A stretch of 64,000 nucleotides of DNA from Yoonia sp. Lineage in GTDB: Bacteria; Pseudomonadota; Alphaproteobacteria; Rhodobacterales; Rhodobacteraceae. This document shows, piece by piece, positions 1 to 11,557 of this stretch. The DNA lies in NCBI GenBank assembly GCA_965656885.1, contig CBFHME010000009.1, forward strand, positions 52,931 to 116,930, read 5' to 3'. The notes under the pieces are model-generated. The model was not told the DNA's origin. It saw nothing but the letters and a program-made list of their open reading frames with translations, and did not search any database. Within the stretch, counting starts at the first letter, position 1, and every line of letters starts with the position of its first letter. A program made the position numbers and the translations under genes.

Positions 1-139
1 CGATGATAAGCCCGACAGATCCCGTCAGGCTGGCGACGACCCACGCTAGAGCCAAGCCTGCAAGCGATCCCCACGTTCCGGGTGCGGGACGCAAATAGCC
101 AACGCCGCCGACAGTCGCGATAATAGAAGTAAGCGTCAT
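1..139 (-). CDS. pgpA: phosphatidylglycerophosphatase A, N-terminal fragment (gene continues beyond the left edge)
   Basis: Too short for the ORF track. The reverse-strand ATG at 139-137 reads [35 protein letters not shown]..., which has the PgpA-type GTWGS motif. It forms an ATGA overlap with the ispDF stop (136-139). Confidence 0.6.
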   Translation of the reverse strand, partial: MTLTSIIATVGGVGYLRPAPGTWGSLAGLALAWVVASLTGSVGLII

Positions 140-1269
140 ATTTTCACCAATGTTGCTGTTGCGATTGCGGCGATACCTTCTTCGCGCCCCGTAAACCCAA
201 GCCGTTCAGATGTAGTCGCTTTTACGCTTATCCGATCAGAATCCATGCCCATGATGCCGGCAAGGGCTGTTTTCATTTCCGTTTGATGTGGTCCAATTTT
301 TGGATATTCGCAAACCAAGGTGCAATCAACATTGCTGATTTGAAACCCTAGTTCCCGCGCCATCGCGACGGCATGGCTTAGGAAAATATGACTTTCGGCG
401 CCTTTCCACTGCGGATCGGAGGGCGGAAAGTGTTGGCCAATGTCACCCTTGCCTAAGGCGCCATAGATTGCGTCTGTCACGGCATGCATTCCAACGTCCG
501 CGTCCGAATGCCCCTGAAGGCCGCGGCCATGTGGGATTTGCACACCACAAAGCCAAACATGATCGCCTTCTCCAAAGCGATGCACATCATATCCATTGCC
601 ACATCTTACATCCATGTCGTGTCCTAACAATTTGACAGCACGCGAAAAATCACCCGGCGTGGTAATCTTAATGTTATCTTCGTCGCCGTCCACGATGGCA
701 ATATCCATCCCTGCGGCTCGCGCGACCGCGACGTCATCGGTGGCGTCGTCTGCACCATTGTGATGGGCCGCAAGAAGTGGGGCAAGGTGAAACCCCTGTG
801 GGGTCTGCGCACGGTAAAGGCGGCTTCGGTCTTGCAAGCCAGTGACACGATCGTCCGCGCCTTGCCAAAGTGTATCCGTCACTGCAACTGCGGGGGCTGC
901 CCCCTGATGGATCTTGAGGGCCCGTAACACTCGGTCAATCGTATCGTGCGTGACAAGCGGGCGTGCAGCGTCATGGATCAAAACCGTGTCGACCTGTTCA
1001 TCAACAGCTTTGAGCCCGGCCAACACCGACTGTTTGCGCGTGTCGCCACCTGAAACAATAACGTGTGGCGGAATTTCAGGCGCTATCCCTGCACTGATGT
1101 CTTCGGGGCTCATGACAACGACGACTTGATGTATCTGCGGATGCTTAAGGAATGTCTGGATCGCATAGGACGCGACCTGTCGGCCTTTCAGGGGTTGCCA
1201 CTGTTTAGGAAGATCGCCACCCGCGCGGGTCCCACGCCCTGCGGCCACAATAATTGCTGCGGTGATCAT
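136..1269 (-). CDS. ispDF: bifunctional 2-C-methyl-D-erythritol 4-phosphate cytidylyltransferase / MEcPP synthase
   Basis: 377-aa ORF. The N-terminus has the IspD motif [10 protein letters not shown]. The C-terminal half has the IspF motifs GYDVHRF and GHSDADV. The fused form is typical of alphaproteobacteria. Confidence 0.95.
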   Translation of the reverse strand: MITAAIIVAAGRGTRAGGDLPKQWQPLKGRQVASYAIQTFLKHPQIHQVVVVMSPEDISAGIAPEIPPHVIVSGGDTRKQSVLAGLKAVDEQVDTVLIHDAARPLVTHDTIDRVLRALKIHQGAAPAVAVTDTLWQGADDRVTGLQDRSRLYRAQTPQGFHLAPLLAAHHNGADDATDDVAVARAAGMDIAIVDGDEDNIKITTPGDFSRAVKLLGHDMDVRCGNGYDVHRFGEGDHVWLCGVQIPHGRGLQGHSDADVGMHAVTDAIYGALGKGDIGQHFPPSDPQWKGAESHIFLSHAVAMARELGFQISNVDCTLVCEYPKIGPHQTEMKTALAGIMGMDSDRISVKATTSERLGFTGREEGIAAIATATLVKI

Positions 1270-1422
1270 AAACTGCGTCCCCTTGTTGTTTTGGGTTTAA
1301 TCATTCACGTGCCGCTGCGCAAACGGAAGGTGGCGATTAAAAAATGGGCAATGCATGATTTTTGCCAATTAATTATGCGATCAGTGATTGTTTTGATGGG
1401 GCGCTGGCCTTATCAACGCGGA

Positions 1423-2409
1423 ATGACCATCCCATCCATCATCCTTCCGCCCGTCACCTTGGCGCCACCGATCGCTTTGGCGCCCTTGGCTGGCATAACC
1501 GACCTGCCGTTTCGTCAGTTGGTTGCATCTTTTGGCGTGGGTTGGGTCGTCAGTGAAATGGTTGCCAGTCAGGAAATGGTGCAAGCCAAGCCCGGCGTGC
1601 GTGAACGGGCCGAATTGGGATACGACCAAGACGGCACGGCGGTGCAAATAGCAGGACGCGATGCCTATTGGATGGCAGAAGCCGCCCGTATGGTCGCAGA
1701 CAACGGGGCTGCGATGATCGACATCAACATGGGATGCCCCGCGAAAAAGGTCACAAACGGCTATTCCGGCTCTGCCCTTTTACGCGATCCTGACCATGCG
1801 CTGACTTTGATCGAGGCGGTCGTCAACGCTGTGGATGTGCCCGTTACATTAAAAACCCGCCTTGGTTGGGATGATAATTGCCTGAATGCGCCTGATGTCG
1901 CCGCACGAGCAGAGGCAGCTGGCATTCAACTGGTGACAATTCATGGCCGAACCCGATGTCAGTTTTACAAGGGATCGGCCGATTGGGCCGCAATCCGCGA
2001 GATTAAGAATGCTGTTTCGATTCCAGTTATTGCAAACGGGGACATCGTCGATGAAACATCCGCGAACACGGCCCTTAACCTATCCGGCGCAGATGGCGTG
2101 ATGATCGGTCGCGGCGCACAGGGGCGTCCTTGGGTGTTGGCCGAAGTCGCAGCACAGCTTCACGCCACACCCGCACCAAAAATTCCCGATGGGGCCGCTT
2201 TGACTGACATGGTTTGCACCCATTACGAGGCGATGCTTGGCTTTTACGGCCACGAACTGGGTCGTAAAGTCGCCCGAAAACATCTTGGATGGTATATGGA
2301 TGGGGCTGGCACCCCGACCACATTGCGAAAGCAAATTCTGACGGCACCAACACCCGCGCAAGTTTTGGCGCTACTGCCTGATGCGGTTGCAGGGCAGGTG
2401 GCGGCATGA
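1423..2409 (+). CDS. dusB: tRNA-dihydrouridine synthase B (NifR3 family)
   Basis: The ORF track entry 1063..2409 overlaps ispDF, so I use the internal ATG at 1423 ([10 protein letters not shown]...). It has the Dus motifs [11 protein letters not shown] and [10 protein letters not shown]. The conserved position is upstream of ntrBC, with an ATGA overlap to ntrB. Confidence 0.9.
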   Translation: MTIPSIILPPVTLAPPIALAPLAGITDLPFRQLVASFGVGWVVSEMVASQEMVQAKPGVRERAELGYDQDGTAVQIAGRDAYWMAEAARMVADNGAAMIDINMGCPAKKVTNGYSGSALLRDPDHALTLIEAVVNAVDVPVTLKTRLGWDDNCLNAPDVAARAEAAGIQLVTIHGRTRCQFYKGSADWAAIREIKNAVSIPVIANGDIVDETSANTALNLSGADGVMIGRGAQGRPWVLAEVAAQLHATPAPKIPDGAALTDMVCTHYEAMLGFYGHELGRKVARKHLGWYMDGAGTPTTLRKQILTAPTPAQVLALLPDAVAGQVAA

Positions 2410-3476
2410 CAGGGGATACCGCACTTTGGGCGTCGCTTCCGGTTCCGGCGTTGCTGCTGGATACCAGCGACAACATCCTCGACAGCAACCCCGCCGCAGA
2501 GGCGTTTTTGAACCTGTCGGCCAAGTCGATCAAGGGCAAGCCTTTGTGGGACAAGGTCATGATCGACGCACCATTGGAACAGGCATTTGCGCGCGCGCGT
2601 GAAAACCGCGCCCCATTGTTTGTGAATGACGTTGACGTCGGAAGCGGTGAACGGCCGCCGATGCAATGCAACATTCAATTCGCACCACACCAAGGGGTTG
2701 CTGGCATGATGATCATGATGATCAGCCCACGCGAAATTGCCAGCCGCATGACGCAGTCGCACAACACTGGAAAGGCCGCAAAATCCGCCATTGGCATGGC
2801 AGAAATGCTCGCCCACGAAATCAAGAACCCATTGGCGGGGATCACAGGTGCTGCGCAACTTTTGTCGATGGGCCTTCCGGCCCAAGATCAGGAAATGACG
2901 GACCTGATCGTTGATGAATGCCGGCGGATCGTAAAGCTGTTGGAACAGGTCGAACAATTCGGCAATCTTCAACCGCCTGACCTGCGACCGATCAACCTTC
3001 ATGACGTGTTGGATCAAGCGCGACGATCAGCGGCCGTTGGCTTTGGCGCACATATGGCCTTTGTCGAGGACTACGACCCTTCGCTGCCGCACACGTCAGC
3101 CGACGCGGATCAACTTTTGCAGGTGTTCCTGAACCTGTTGAAAAACGCGTCAGAGGCGGGCAGCCAAGGCGGTGTCATTCGCCTGCGCACATTTTATGAC
3201 CCGTCATTGCGGGTGATCCAGACGGGCGGCAAACAAGCCCGCCTGCCGCTTCAAGTCGAAGTTATCGACGACGGGCCGGGCCTACCGCCCGAAATTGCAG
3301 GTGATGTGTTTGAACCGTTTATATCAGGGCGCGAAAACGGAACGGGCCTTGGACTGGCACTTGTGTCGAAATTGATTGGCGACGCGGGCGGTTGGATTTC
3401 CGTCGACAGCGTGCCGGGGCGCACCGTGTTTCGGGTGTCGCTTCCGCTCGCCACCCCTCAAAAAGGAGAGAAATGA
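2406..3476 (+). CDS. ntrB: nitrogen regulation sensor histidine kinase NtrB
   Basis: H-box [11 protein letters not shown]-box [10 protein letters not shown]-boxes DDGPGLP and GTGLGLALV, and a PAS-like N-terminus. It sits between dusB and ntrC. Confidence 0.9.
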   Translation: MTGDTALWASLPVPALLLDTSDNILDSNPAAEAFLNLSAKSIKGKPLWDKVMIDAPLEQAFARARENRAPLFVNDVDVGSGERPPMQCNIQFAPHQGVAGMMIMMISPREIASRMTQSHNTGKAAKSAIGMAEMLAHEIKNPLAGITGAAQLLSMGLPAQDQEMTDLIVDECRRIVKLLEQVEQFGNLQPPDLRPINLHDVLDQARRSAAVGFGAHMAFVEDYDPSLPHTSADADQLLQVFLNLLKNASEAGSQGGVIRLRTFYDPSLRVIQTGGKQARLPLQVEVIDDGPGLPPEIAGDVFEPFISGRENGTGLGLALVSKLIGDAGGWISVDSVPGRTVFRVSLPLATPQKGEK

Positions 3477-4840
3477 TGGATGGCACCGTTCTTGTTGCGG
3501 ATGACGACCGCACGATCCGTACCGTTCTGACCCAAGCGTTGACGCGGGCAGGGTGCAAGGTGCACGCCACATCTTCGTTGGTGACGTTGATGCGTTGGGT
3601 CGAAGAAGGCAAAGGCGATCTGGTCATATCAGATGTTGTCATGCCCGATGGAAACGGTCTTGAACAACTGCCCAAAATTGCAGCGGCGCGTCCCGGTCTA
3701 CCTGTCATTGTGATCTCTGCGCAAAACACCATCATGACGGCCATTCAAGCAACCGAAGCAGACGCATATGACTATTTGCCAAAGCCGTTCGATCTTCCGG
3801 ATTTGATGAAGCGGTCAGCGCGGGCCTTGGAAACCAAACGCCGCGCACCCAGCCGCCGCGAGCCGACGACAAAGCTTTCCAATGATCTGCCGTTAATCGG
3901 ACGCACACCCGCGATGCAAAACCTGTATCGTTTGGTCGCCCGCGTGATGAATACCGCGTTGCCGGTGCTGATTACGGGCGAAAGCGGGACGGGAAAATCA
4001 CTGATTGCCCGCGCGATCCACGACTTTTCCGACCGGCGCAGTTTGCCATTTGTGGTGGTGTCCGGCCCCGACTTGGAAGGCATGGATGGCCCATCAACCG
4101 CGCTGTCACGCGCCAAGGGCGGCACACTTGTATTTGATGAAGTCAGCGACCTGACAGACATGGCCCAAGGGCGCATCGTGCGGATGCTTGATGCCTTGGG
4201 CGATACCGCACCGCGCATTATGGCCACATCGCAATCTGATTTGATTGCACGACTGGAAAGCGGCCAGTTCCGTCAAGACTTGTTCTACCGTTTGGGCGGC
4301 GTCACAGTTGCAGTGCCGAGTTTGCGCGAACGTGTTGATGATATCCCGCTGCTCGCCGAGCATTTTCTGGCGCGCGTAGAACGGGAAGGGGCTCCTATCC
4401 GCCGCCTAAGCGAGGCGGCAAGCGATCTGGTCCGCACCTACAGTTGGCCCGGAAATGTGCGGCAGTTGGAAAACGCAATTCGGCGCATGGTTTTCACCGG
4501 ATCAGAAGAAGAAATTGCCCGCGTTGAAGTCGAAACCGTTTTGGGCAGCCAGCCAGCAATGGACATCACCAAGACGGGATCAGATACGCAAAAATTATCG
4601 GAATCAGTTGGGCTTCATCTGCGCCGCTATTTCGATTTGCACGGCGGGGAATTGCCACCACCGGGGCTTTATAATCGCATTCTGCGTGAGATTGAGCTGC
4701 CGCTCTTAGAAATCGCATTGGACGCAACAGGCGGAAATCAGGCCAAATGCGCCGATTTGCTTGGCATCAACCGCAATACTTTGCGCAAGAAGATAACTGA
4801 GCTTGATATGCACGTGACACGCCGCCGCAAATTGGTGTAA
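3473..4840 (+). CDS. ntrC: nitrogen regulation response regulator NtrC (AAA+ domain lacking the GAFTGA loop)
   Basis: The start is taken at ATG 3473, which forms an ATGA overlap with the ntrB stop. Receiver motifs VLVADDD and [11 protein letters not shown], Walker A GESGTGKS, Walker B LVFDEV, and a C-terminal Fis-type HTH ([19 protein letters not shown]). Confidence 0.92.
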   Translation: MMDGTVLVADDDRTIRTVLTQALTRAGCKVHATSSLVTLMRWVEEGKGDLVISDVVMPDGNGLEQLPKIAAARPGLPVIVISAQNTIMTAIQATEADAYDYLPKPFDLPDLMKRSARALETKRRAPSRREPTTKLSNDLPLIGRTPAMQNLYRLVARVMNTALPVLITGESGTGKSLIARAIHDFSDRRSLPFVVVSGPDLEGMDGPSTALSRAKGGTLVFDEVSDLTDMAQGRIVRMLDALGDTAPRIMATSQSDLIARLESGQFRQDLFYRLGGVTVAVPSLRERVDDIPLLAEHFLARVEREGAPIRRLSEAASDLVRTYSWPGNVRQLENAIRRMVFTGSEEEIARVEVETVLGSQPAMDITKTGSDTQKLSESVGLHLRRYFDLHGGELPPPGLYNRILREIELPLLEIALDATGGNQAKCADLLGINRNTLRKKITELDMHVTRRRKLV

Positions 4841-4967
4841 AACCGCAACAGGTCCGTGGCGTTTAGGTCGCAGCAGCATCTAGACAGGTCCACGTGATGT
4901 GGTGGTTTGTGGGGGTAACCCCGCCAATTTTGGGGGTGGGATACGCGTGCAGCGTAGTCTTACACGT

Positions 4968-7190
4968 ATGAATTTCACACGTTTCAGCCGTTGGCGGCGC
5001 AAACGTGCTGTGCAAAATGCAACCGTCCTGGGGCTGGTCGTGTTGGGCCCGGTTCTGGCTGTTTTGACCTATATTGTGCTTGGTCCTGTGGTCCAATCTT
5101 CGACGTCCCCGACACTTCGTCTGATCCTTCTTGCTGATCTTATCTATGTTTTGGTTGTTGCCGCGTTGGTCATGCAACGCGTGGCCCGCATGATTGCCGC
5201 GCGGCGGGCCAAATCTGCGGGATCGCGGCTTCATTTGCGGCTCACTGGTGTGTTTGCACTGCTGGCGCTGATTCCCACTGTCTTGGTCGCCATATTTGCG
5301 ATGCTGACGCTCAATGTTGGTTTGGAAGGGTGGTTTTCAGAACGGGTGCGCACGGTTCTCGCCACATCTTTGCGCACTGCCCAAGCCTATGAGACAGAAG
5401 AACGCCAAGAATTGTCGCGCGATGCCTTGGCGCTGGCCGCATATCTCAACACCGAACGGTTGCGCGACTTTTTCATGGACGATGGCGATGTGCGTCAGGC
5501 GATTGGGCGTGTCCAGAACCAGATTGATCGCGGGCTAACGGAAACATATTTCATCAACGGGGCGGCCGAAATCAAAACCCGCGGTGCAGGATCGTATGAT
5601 TTCGACTACGAAGCCCCAAGCGCCGATGATTTCGCCACTGCAAATAACGTGCCTGTGCACATCATCGAAGACCCCAGCAACAACGAATATCGCGCATTGA
5701 TCGCGATGCCACGGTTTCAAGACAGATATGTCTATGTCACGCGCACCGTGGACGGGGCGATTTTGTCACTATTGAACCAAACCACTGAAACTGTTGCACT
5801 TTACGACCAATTGGAAAACGACCGTGGACGTTTGCTGTTCAATTTCGGCCTGATCTACCTTGGCTTTGCCGTGATCTTGATCTTGGCCGCTATCTGGCTT
5901 GGTCTGTGGTTTGCTGAACGACTGTCCCGACCCGTAGGGCGGCTTGTGACTGCGTCACAACGGGTTGGTGCGGGTGATCTGGACGTGCGCGTTATTGAAG
6001 ACGACGGGGACGATGAAATCTCACAACTTGGGACTTACTTCAACCAGATGACGACCCAGCTAAAGGGGCAGCGCGATGAATTGCTGACTGCCAACCACCG
6101 CTCTGAACGCCGCAGACGGCTGTTTGATAGCGTGTTGGGGTCAGTAACGTCAGGCGTTGTTGGACTGGACGAAGATGGGCGTGTCGCCTTTGCCAACAAA
6201 TCAGCGCAACGGTTGCTGTCTGTTGGCGAAGAACAGGCGCAATCTGCACTGGCGGTCGCCGTGCCGGAATTCGGCCCGCTGTTTAACATTATGCGCATCG
6301 AGCAACGTGAAGTCGTGCAAGAACAAGTCAATCTTGTCCGCGATGGCCAACAAGAAAGCCTACTTGTCCGCATGTCGCCACGCCGCAATGCGGATGGTGA
6401 TCTGGAAGGGTATGTTGTGGCGTTTGACGATGTCACCGATCTTGTTAGTGCGCAGCGGATGGCGGCATGGGGCGATGTGGCCCGCCGAATTGCGCATGAG
6501 ATTAAAAATCCGCTCACTCCTATTCAATTGTCGGCAGAGCGCATTAAACGGAAGTTTTCCAAAGAGGTAAGCGAAAGCGATAAGCTGGATCAAATGACGG
6601 ACGTCATTGTCCGCCAGACCAATGACTTGCGACGCATTGTTGATGAGTTTTCAAAGTTTGCCCGGATGCCAGAACCGGAATTGCGGAATACAGATCTTGT
6701 GGCGATCGTGCGCGATGCAGTGACATTGCAAGAGGCGGGCCAACCCGACGTTAAACTGTTCGCGGAACTTCCCAACGGTGAAATCCCGATTGATGTTGAT
6801 GATACGATGATCTCTCAGGCGCTTACTAACTTGATTAAGAACGCCGGTGAAGCCACTGAAACCTATATTGAAAAATGCAATCCGGAAAACTACACCGCAG
6901 AAGTTCGCGTGGCTCTTGTAACAGATGGCGACGCCGCAGAAATCACGATCAGCGACAATGGCATTGGCCTCCCAACAGATCGTGCGCGATTGTTTGAACC
7001 ATATGTAACCACACGCGATAGCGGCACAGGGCTTGGCCTGCCGATCGTCAAGAAAATTATCGAAGAACACGGCGGCACGCTCACGTTGACTGATGCCGCT
7101 GACTTTCACGGCGATGGGCATGTTGGTGCCTGCGCCATTATCCGTATCCCGACAGGGCCAGCCGCCCCGTCGCAAAAGAACAACGAGTAA
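4968..7190 (+). CDS. ntrY: membrane sensor histidine kinase NtrY
   Basis: N-terminal TM segments, a HAMP and PAS region, H-box HEIKNPLTPIQLSAERI, N-box NLIKNAGEA, and G-boxes DNGIGLP and GTGLGLPIV. The start is ambiguous: ATG 4968, GTG 4947, or the track start 4899. Confidence 0.88.
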   Translation: MNFTRFSRWRRKRAVQNATVLGLVVLGPVLAVLTYIVLGPVVQSSTSPTLRLILLADLIYVLVVAALVMQRVARMIAARRAKSAGSRLHLRLTGVFALLALIPTVLVAIFAMLTLNVGLEGWFSERVRTVLATSLRTAQAYETEERQELSRDALALAAYLNTERLRDFFMDDGDVRQAIGRVQNQIDRGLTETYFINGAAEIKTRGAGSYDFDYEAPSADDFATANNVPVHIIEDPSNNEYRALIAMPRFQDRYVYVTRTVDGAILSLLNQTTETVALYDQLENDRGRLLFNFGLIYLGFAVILILAAIWLGLWFAERLSRPVGRLVTASQRVGAGDLDVRVIEDDGDDEISQLGTYFNQMTTQLKGQRDELLTANHRSERRRRLFDSVLGSVTSGVVGLDEDGRVAFANKSAQRLLSVGEEQAQSALAVAVPEFGPLFNIMRIEQREVVQEQVNLVRDGQQESLLVRMSPRRNADGDLEGYVVAFDDVTDLVSAQRMAAWGDVARRIAHEIKNPLTPIQLSAERIKRKFSKEVSESDKLDQMTDVIVRQTNDLRRIVDEFSKFARMPEPELRNTDLVAIVRDAVTLQEAGQPDVKLFAELPNGEIPIDVDDTMISQALTNLIKNAGEATETYIEKCNPENYTAEVRVALVTDGDAAEITISDNGIGLPTDRARLFEPYVTTRDSGTGLGLPIVKKIIEEHGGTLTLTDAADFHGDGHVGACAIIRIPTGPAAPSQKNNE

Positions 7191-7199
7191 GAGGACCCC

Positions 7200-8603
7200 A
7201 TGGGCGATATTCTGATCACTGATGACGAACGCGATATTCGAGAACTCATTTCGGACATTTTGCAAGACGAAGGTTTCACCACGCGTTTGGCGGGCACTTC
7301 TGATGCGTGTATGGCAGAAATCGCTGCGTCACCGCCTGCGCTGATGATCCTCGATATCTGGCTCAAAGACAGCAACATGGACGGGATCGACATCCTGAAG
7401 TCGGTTAAGCGCGACTATCCGGACATTCCGATTGTGATTATCTCTGGTCACGGCAATATCGAAATTGCCGTCGCTGCGATCAAACAGGGCGCTTATGACT
7501 TTATCGAAAAACCTTTTAATATCGACCAGTTGCTTGTCGTCATTCGCCGCGCAATGGAAACTGCAAAGCTGCGTCGTGAAAATGTCGAACTGAAACGTGG
7601 CGACGTGGCGAACGCTGATATGCTTGGCGACAGCGCCGCGTTCCGAATGCTCAAAAGCCAGCTTGATAAGGTAACGAAATCGAATGGCCGCGTCATGCTG
7701 ACGGGGCCTGCGGGCGCTGGCAAGGAAATCGCCGCGCGCTATATCCATTCCAACTCCAACAGGGCCTCGGCGCCGTTTGTGACCGTGAACTCTGCTTCGA
7801 TTGAGCCTGATCGCATGGAAGAGGTGCTTTTTGGCCGTGAAGGTGGGGCCAAGGGGATCGAAAAAGGCCTGCTCGAAGAAGCAAACGGAGGCGTTATCTA
7901 TTTCGAAGAGATCGCCGATATGCCGCTTGGCACACAGTCCAAAATCTTGCGCGTCTTGGTTGATCAGCGCTTTCAGCGCGTAGGTGGGACGGATAAAGTG
8001 CAGGTCGATCTGCGCGTCATTTCTTCAACCAACCGCGATTTGGCGAGAGCGATTGACGCAGGCACATTCCGAGAGGAGCTTTACCATCGGTTGAATGTAG
8101 TTCCGATTGCCGTGCCTAGTCTGGAAGAACGCCGCGAAGATATTCCCGTATTGGCCGAATACTTCATCGAGACATTTAATAAAACCCAAGGGCTGCCATT
8201 GCGCAAACTTGCTGACGATGCCCGTGCTTTGCTGCAAACCATGCTTTGGCCCGGCAACGTGCGCCAGTTAAAGAACGTCGTGGAACGCGTTCTAATCCTT
8301 GGGGAAAACAGCGATGAGATTGCAGCAAAAGAGCTGCCCGCGTCGGATGAAGCCGCCGCCGTCGATGAAGGCCGGATTGTGCTGTCAGGTGGGCTTGCGA
8401 CATTGCCGTTGCGTGATGCGCGCGAATTGTTCGAACGCGAATATCTGCTGACGCAGATCAACCGCTTTGGTGGCAACATCAGCCGCACTGCGTCCTTCGT
8501 AGGTATGGAACGGTCAGCGCTGCATCGTAAATTGAAATCGCTTGGCGTTGCGACAACCAACAAAGCCGGCGGGCGCGTGGCCTATGTTGAAGGTGAAACC
8601 TGA
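7200..8603 (+). CDS. ntrX: response regulator NtrX (AAA+ type, degenerate sigma-54 contact loop)
   Basis: Receiver motifs ILITDDE and LMILDIWL, Walker A GPAGAGKE, Walker B IYFEEI, and a C-terminal HTH. It follows ntrY. Confidence 0.9.
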   Translation: MGDILITDDERDIRELISDILQDEGFTTRLAGTSDACMAEIAASPPALMILDIWLKDSNMDGIDILKSVKRDYPDIPIVIISGHGNIEIAVAAIKQGAYDFIEKPFNIDQLLVVIRRAMETAKLRRENVELKRGDVANADMLGDSAAFRMLKSQLDKVTKSNGRVMLTGPAGAGKEIAARYIHSNSNRASAPFVTVNSASIEPDRMEEVLFGREGGAKGIEKGLLEEANGGVIYFEEIADMPLGTQSKILRVLVDQRFQRVGGTDKVQVDLRVISSTNRDLARAIDAGTFREELYHRLNVVPIAVPSLEERREDIPVLAEYFIETFNKTQGLPLRKLADDARALLQTMLWPGNVRQLKNVVERVLILGENSDEIAAKELPASDEAAAVDEGRIVLSGGLATLPLRDARELFEREYLLTQINRFGGNISRTASFVGMERSALHRKLKSLGVATTNKAGGRVAYVEGET

Positions 8604-8657
8604 ATTGACCTGCGTGCGATACTCTGGCACGCGTGACGAACACGAAGGAGTGGCGTC

Positions 8658-10034
8658 ATGAAAGTGATTATCTGCGGTGCAGGGCAGGTGGGTTGGCAAA
8701 TCGCCCGCCATCTATCGGGTGAAAAAAACGACGTTACCGTCGTTGATAACAACCCGGAATTGGTGCGTCGCGCCACTGATACCCTTGATGTGCAAGGGAT
8801 TTCGGGCTTTGCCAGCTATCCAGACATTCTGGAACGTGCCGGGGCCGCTGATGCAGATATGATCATCGCCGCCACACATTCCGATGAGGTCAACATGGTC
8901 ACCTGTCAGGTGGCCCATTCTGTGTTTGCGATCCAACGCAAAATTGCGCGTTTGCGGTCGCAAAGCTATTTGACGGCCATTTATTCCGATCTTTATCGCC
9001 GTGATCACCTGCCAATCGACGTGGTCATTAGCCCAGAAAAAGAGGTCGCAGAGGCCGCACTGCGCCGTTTGGCTGCCCCGGCAGCATTTGACACCGAAAG
9101 TTTCCTGGAAGGCAAAGCCCAGCTTTTGGGGATTACGATTGGGGACGATTGCCCTGTGATCAACACCCCATTGCGGCAGCTGACGGATTTGTTTTCGACC
9201 TTGCGTGCCTTGGTGGTAGGGGTGCGACGCGAAGGGACATTGTTTGTGCCCAACGCTGGCGATCAGCTGTTTCCTGGGGATGAATGCTATTTGTTCACCG
9301 ATACGATGGACATGACCCGCACGCTGGAAATTTTCGGGAAAACCCACGCCAAACAAGAACGCATCGTCATTATTGGCGGCGGCAATGTCGGATTGGGCGT
9401 GGCCCGCGCGCTAGAGGCACGCACTGAACGGGTCCGCGTCAAGGTGATCGAAAAAGACCGCGAAATTGCGGAAAACGCCGCCGACATGCTGGACCGCACA
9501 ATCGTCTTGCATGGTGACGGTCTTGATAGCGGTCTGCTGGACGAGGCGGGGATCACATCTGCGGATGCGGTCTTGGCCGTAACCGATGATGATAAAACGA
9601 ACCTGCTTGCGTCTGTGCGCGCCAAGGAAATGGGCTGTCCGATGGCAATTTCCTTGATCAACGATCCAACGCTAGTGCCGTTGATGGGGCCACTGGATAT
9701 TGATGCCTATATCAATCCGCGCGCAACAACCGTCAGTTCGATCCTGCGTCACATCCGGCATGGACGGGTGCGGGGCGTATATTCCATTGGCGATGCAGAG
9801 GCGGAAGTCATCGAAGCCCAAGTGCTGGGGACCTCCCCCATCGCAGGGCAGCGTGTCAAAGACATTGATTTCCCCGAAGGTACGATCGTCTGTTCTGTCA
9901 TGAAAAACGGGCAGACCATGAAACCAAAGGGCGATACCCGCATTGATGAGGGTGACGTGATCGCCATTTTCGCAATGGCCGACGATGTGTCAGAGATTGA
10001 GCGCCTTCTTCAGGTCTCGATCGACTTTTTCTAA
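8658..10034 (+). CDS. trkA: Trk potassium uptake system NAD-binding protein TrkA
   Basis: 458 aa. Two Rossmann modules (MKVIICGAGQVG and IVIIGGGNVG), each followed by a TrkA-C-like region. Confidence 0.92.
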   Translation: MKVIICGAGQVGWQIARHLSGEKNDVTVVDNNPELVRRATDTLDVQGISGFASYPDILERAGAADADMIIAATHSDEVNMVTCQVAHSVFAIQRKIARLRSQSYLTAIYSDLYRRDHLPIDVVISPEKEVAEAALRRLAAPAAFDTESFLEGKAQLLGITIGDDCPVINTPLRQLTDLFSTLRALVVGVRREGTLFVPNAGDQLFPGDECYLFTDTMDMTRTLEIFGKTHAKQERIVIIGGGNVGLGVARALEARTERVRVKVIEKDREIAENAADMLDRTIVLHGDGLDSGLLDEAGITSADAVLAVTDDDKTNLLASVRAKEMGCPMAISLINDPTLVPLMGPLDIDAYINPRATTVSSILRHIRHGRVRGVYSIGDAEAEVIEAQVLGTSPIAGQRVKDIDFPEGTIVCSVMKNGQTMKPKGDTRIDEGDVIAIFAMADDVSEIERLLQVSIDFF

Positions 10035-11557
10035 TGGATTTTCTGACCCGCGTTCCGTTTTTTGTGGTGCTGATGGGGTTTGGCGCAGTCGCGATGATTG
10101 TGCCTGCGGCGCATGGATTGGCGCTTGGTGACTTTCATACCATGCGGGTCTTCTTTTACGGGTTCATCCTGTTTTCAATCCTGACGTTCATCATTGGCTT
10201 GGCCACGATTGGATATGCGCCGCGCAGTGTTGCGCGCAGTCAGCTTTTGGCGCTATTGGCCGCTTTCGCTGGACTTCCCGTGATGTTTGCCATTCCGTTT
10301 CAAGAGGCGGTCGGCAACACCAGTTTTCTGAACGCCTGGTTTGAAATGGTGTCCAGCTTCACCACAACAGGGGCCACGGTTTATGACAACATCGGACGCC
10401 TGACGCCATCGGTGCATTTGTGGCGCGGCCTTGTCGGGTGGCTTGGCGGATTGCTTGTGTGGATCACGGCCGTTTCAATCTTTGCACCAATGAACCTTGG
10501 CGGGTTTGAGGTGCGATCAACCAGTTCGGCGGGCAAAGGGGCTGTTGCCACCGCATTCCACCAGATTTCCCAAGTGGCCGATCCGTCAGAGCGCCTCGTG
10601 CGATACACGCTGCGGCTTGCGCCAGTTTATGCCGCATTAACATTCGTCTTGTGGGTCGGCCTTGTGAGCCTAGGCGAGGTGCCCTACGTCGCGATCGTGC
10701 ATGCAATGTCAGTATTGTCGACGTCCGGAATCACACCCATTGGCGGTTTGTACTATGCCGTGTCAGGGTTTTGGGGCGAGGTGATGATCCTCGTATTCTT
10801 TATCCTGGCCCTATCACGGCTCAGCTTCAGTCCGGGTCTTTTGGGTGAGAATGATAAAGGGTTAGCTGCTGATCCCGAATTCCGCATGGGATTGGCGCTA
10901 ATCCTTCTGGTCACATCGCTTTTGTTTTTGCGCCACTTCGTGGGCTCCATCGGCGAAGACGCGGCATCCCCGTTTGGCCAGATGGTCCGTGCCATTTGGG
11001 GGGCTTTGTTCACGGTGACATCTTTCCTGACCACCACCGGATTTGAATCGCGCTATTGGCTTGGCGCGGCGGATTGGTCAGGGCTGGAAACACCGGGCTT
11101 GTTTCTTGTGGGCTTGTCGTTGATCGGGGGCGGCGTCGCGACAACTGCGGGCGGTGTGAAACTGTTGCGTATTTATGCGCTTTACCGCCACTCTGAACGC
11201 GAATTGCAGCGCCTTGTGCATCCATCATCCGTGGGCGGTGGTGGCCGCGATGCGCGCCGTATCCGCAAACAGGGCGCCTATATTTCGTGGGTGTTCTTTA
11301 TGTTGTTTGCACTCAGCATTGCAGGGGTGATGGTGGCATTGTCACTTACAGGCGTGCAATTTGAAACAGCGATGGTCTTGGCGGTCGCGGCACTTTCCAC
11401 AACAGGGCCATTGGCGGATGTCGCGGCCGAAAGCCCGGTTTTATATTCGGGCATTCCAGATAGTGCCAAAATGGTGCTGGCCGCAGCCATGGTATTGGGA
11501 CGCTTGGAAACACTGGCCATTATCGCCCTGTTCAACCCAGAAATCTGGCGAAACTGA
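10034..11557 (+). CDS. trkH: Trk-type potassium transporter membrane subunit TrkH
   Basis: 507-aa polytopic membrane protein with repeated pore-loop-like TTTG/TSG/TTG segments. It has a TAATG one-base overlap with trkA. Confidence 0.85.
   Translation: MDFLTRVPFFVVLMGFGAVAMIVPAAHGLALGDFHTMRVFFYGFILFSILTFIIGLATIGYAPRSVARSQLLALLAAFAGLPVMFAIPFQEAVGNTSFLNAWFEMVSSFTTTGATVYDNIGRLTPSVHLWRGLVGWLGGLLVWITAVSIFAPMNLGGFEVRSTSSAGKGAVATAFHQISQVADPSERLVRYTLRLAPVYAALTFVLWVGLVSLGEVPYVAIVHAMSVLSTSGITPIGGLYYAVSGFWGEVMILVFFILALSRLSFSPGLLGENDKGLAADPEFRMGLALILLVTSLLFLRHFVGSIGEDAASPFGQMVRAIWGALFTVTSFLTTTGFESRYWLGAADWSGLETPGLFLVGLSLIGGGVATTAGGVKLLRIYALYRHSERELQRLVHPSSVGGGGRDARRIRKQGAYISWVFFMLFALSIAGVMVALSLTGVQFETAMVLAVAALSTTGPLADVAAESPVLYSGIPDSAKMVLAAAMVLGRLETLAIIALFNPEIWRN

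Noticed and set aside
1352-1367. Sigma-54-like -24/-12 element TGGCA-N7-TGCA on the minus strand, pointing at ispDF
   Set aside because: The spacing is correct, but about 0.5 such matches are expected by chance in 128 kb of two-strand sequence. ispDF-pgpA are housekeeping genes with no reason to be RpoN-dependent. Both local AAA+ regulators lack the GAFTGA loop needed to activate sigma-54.
8625-8640. TGGCAC hexamer upstream of trkA
   Set aside because: The -12 position reads ACGAA, with no GC dinucleotide at the required distance, so it is not a sigma-54 promoter.
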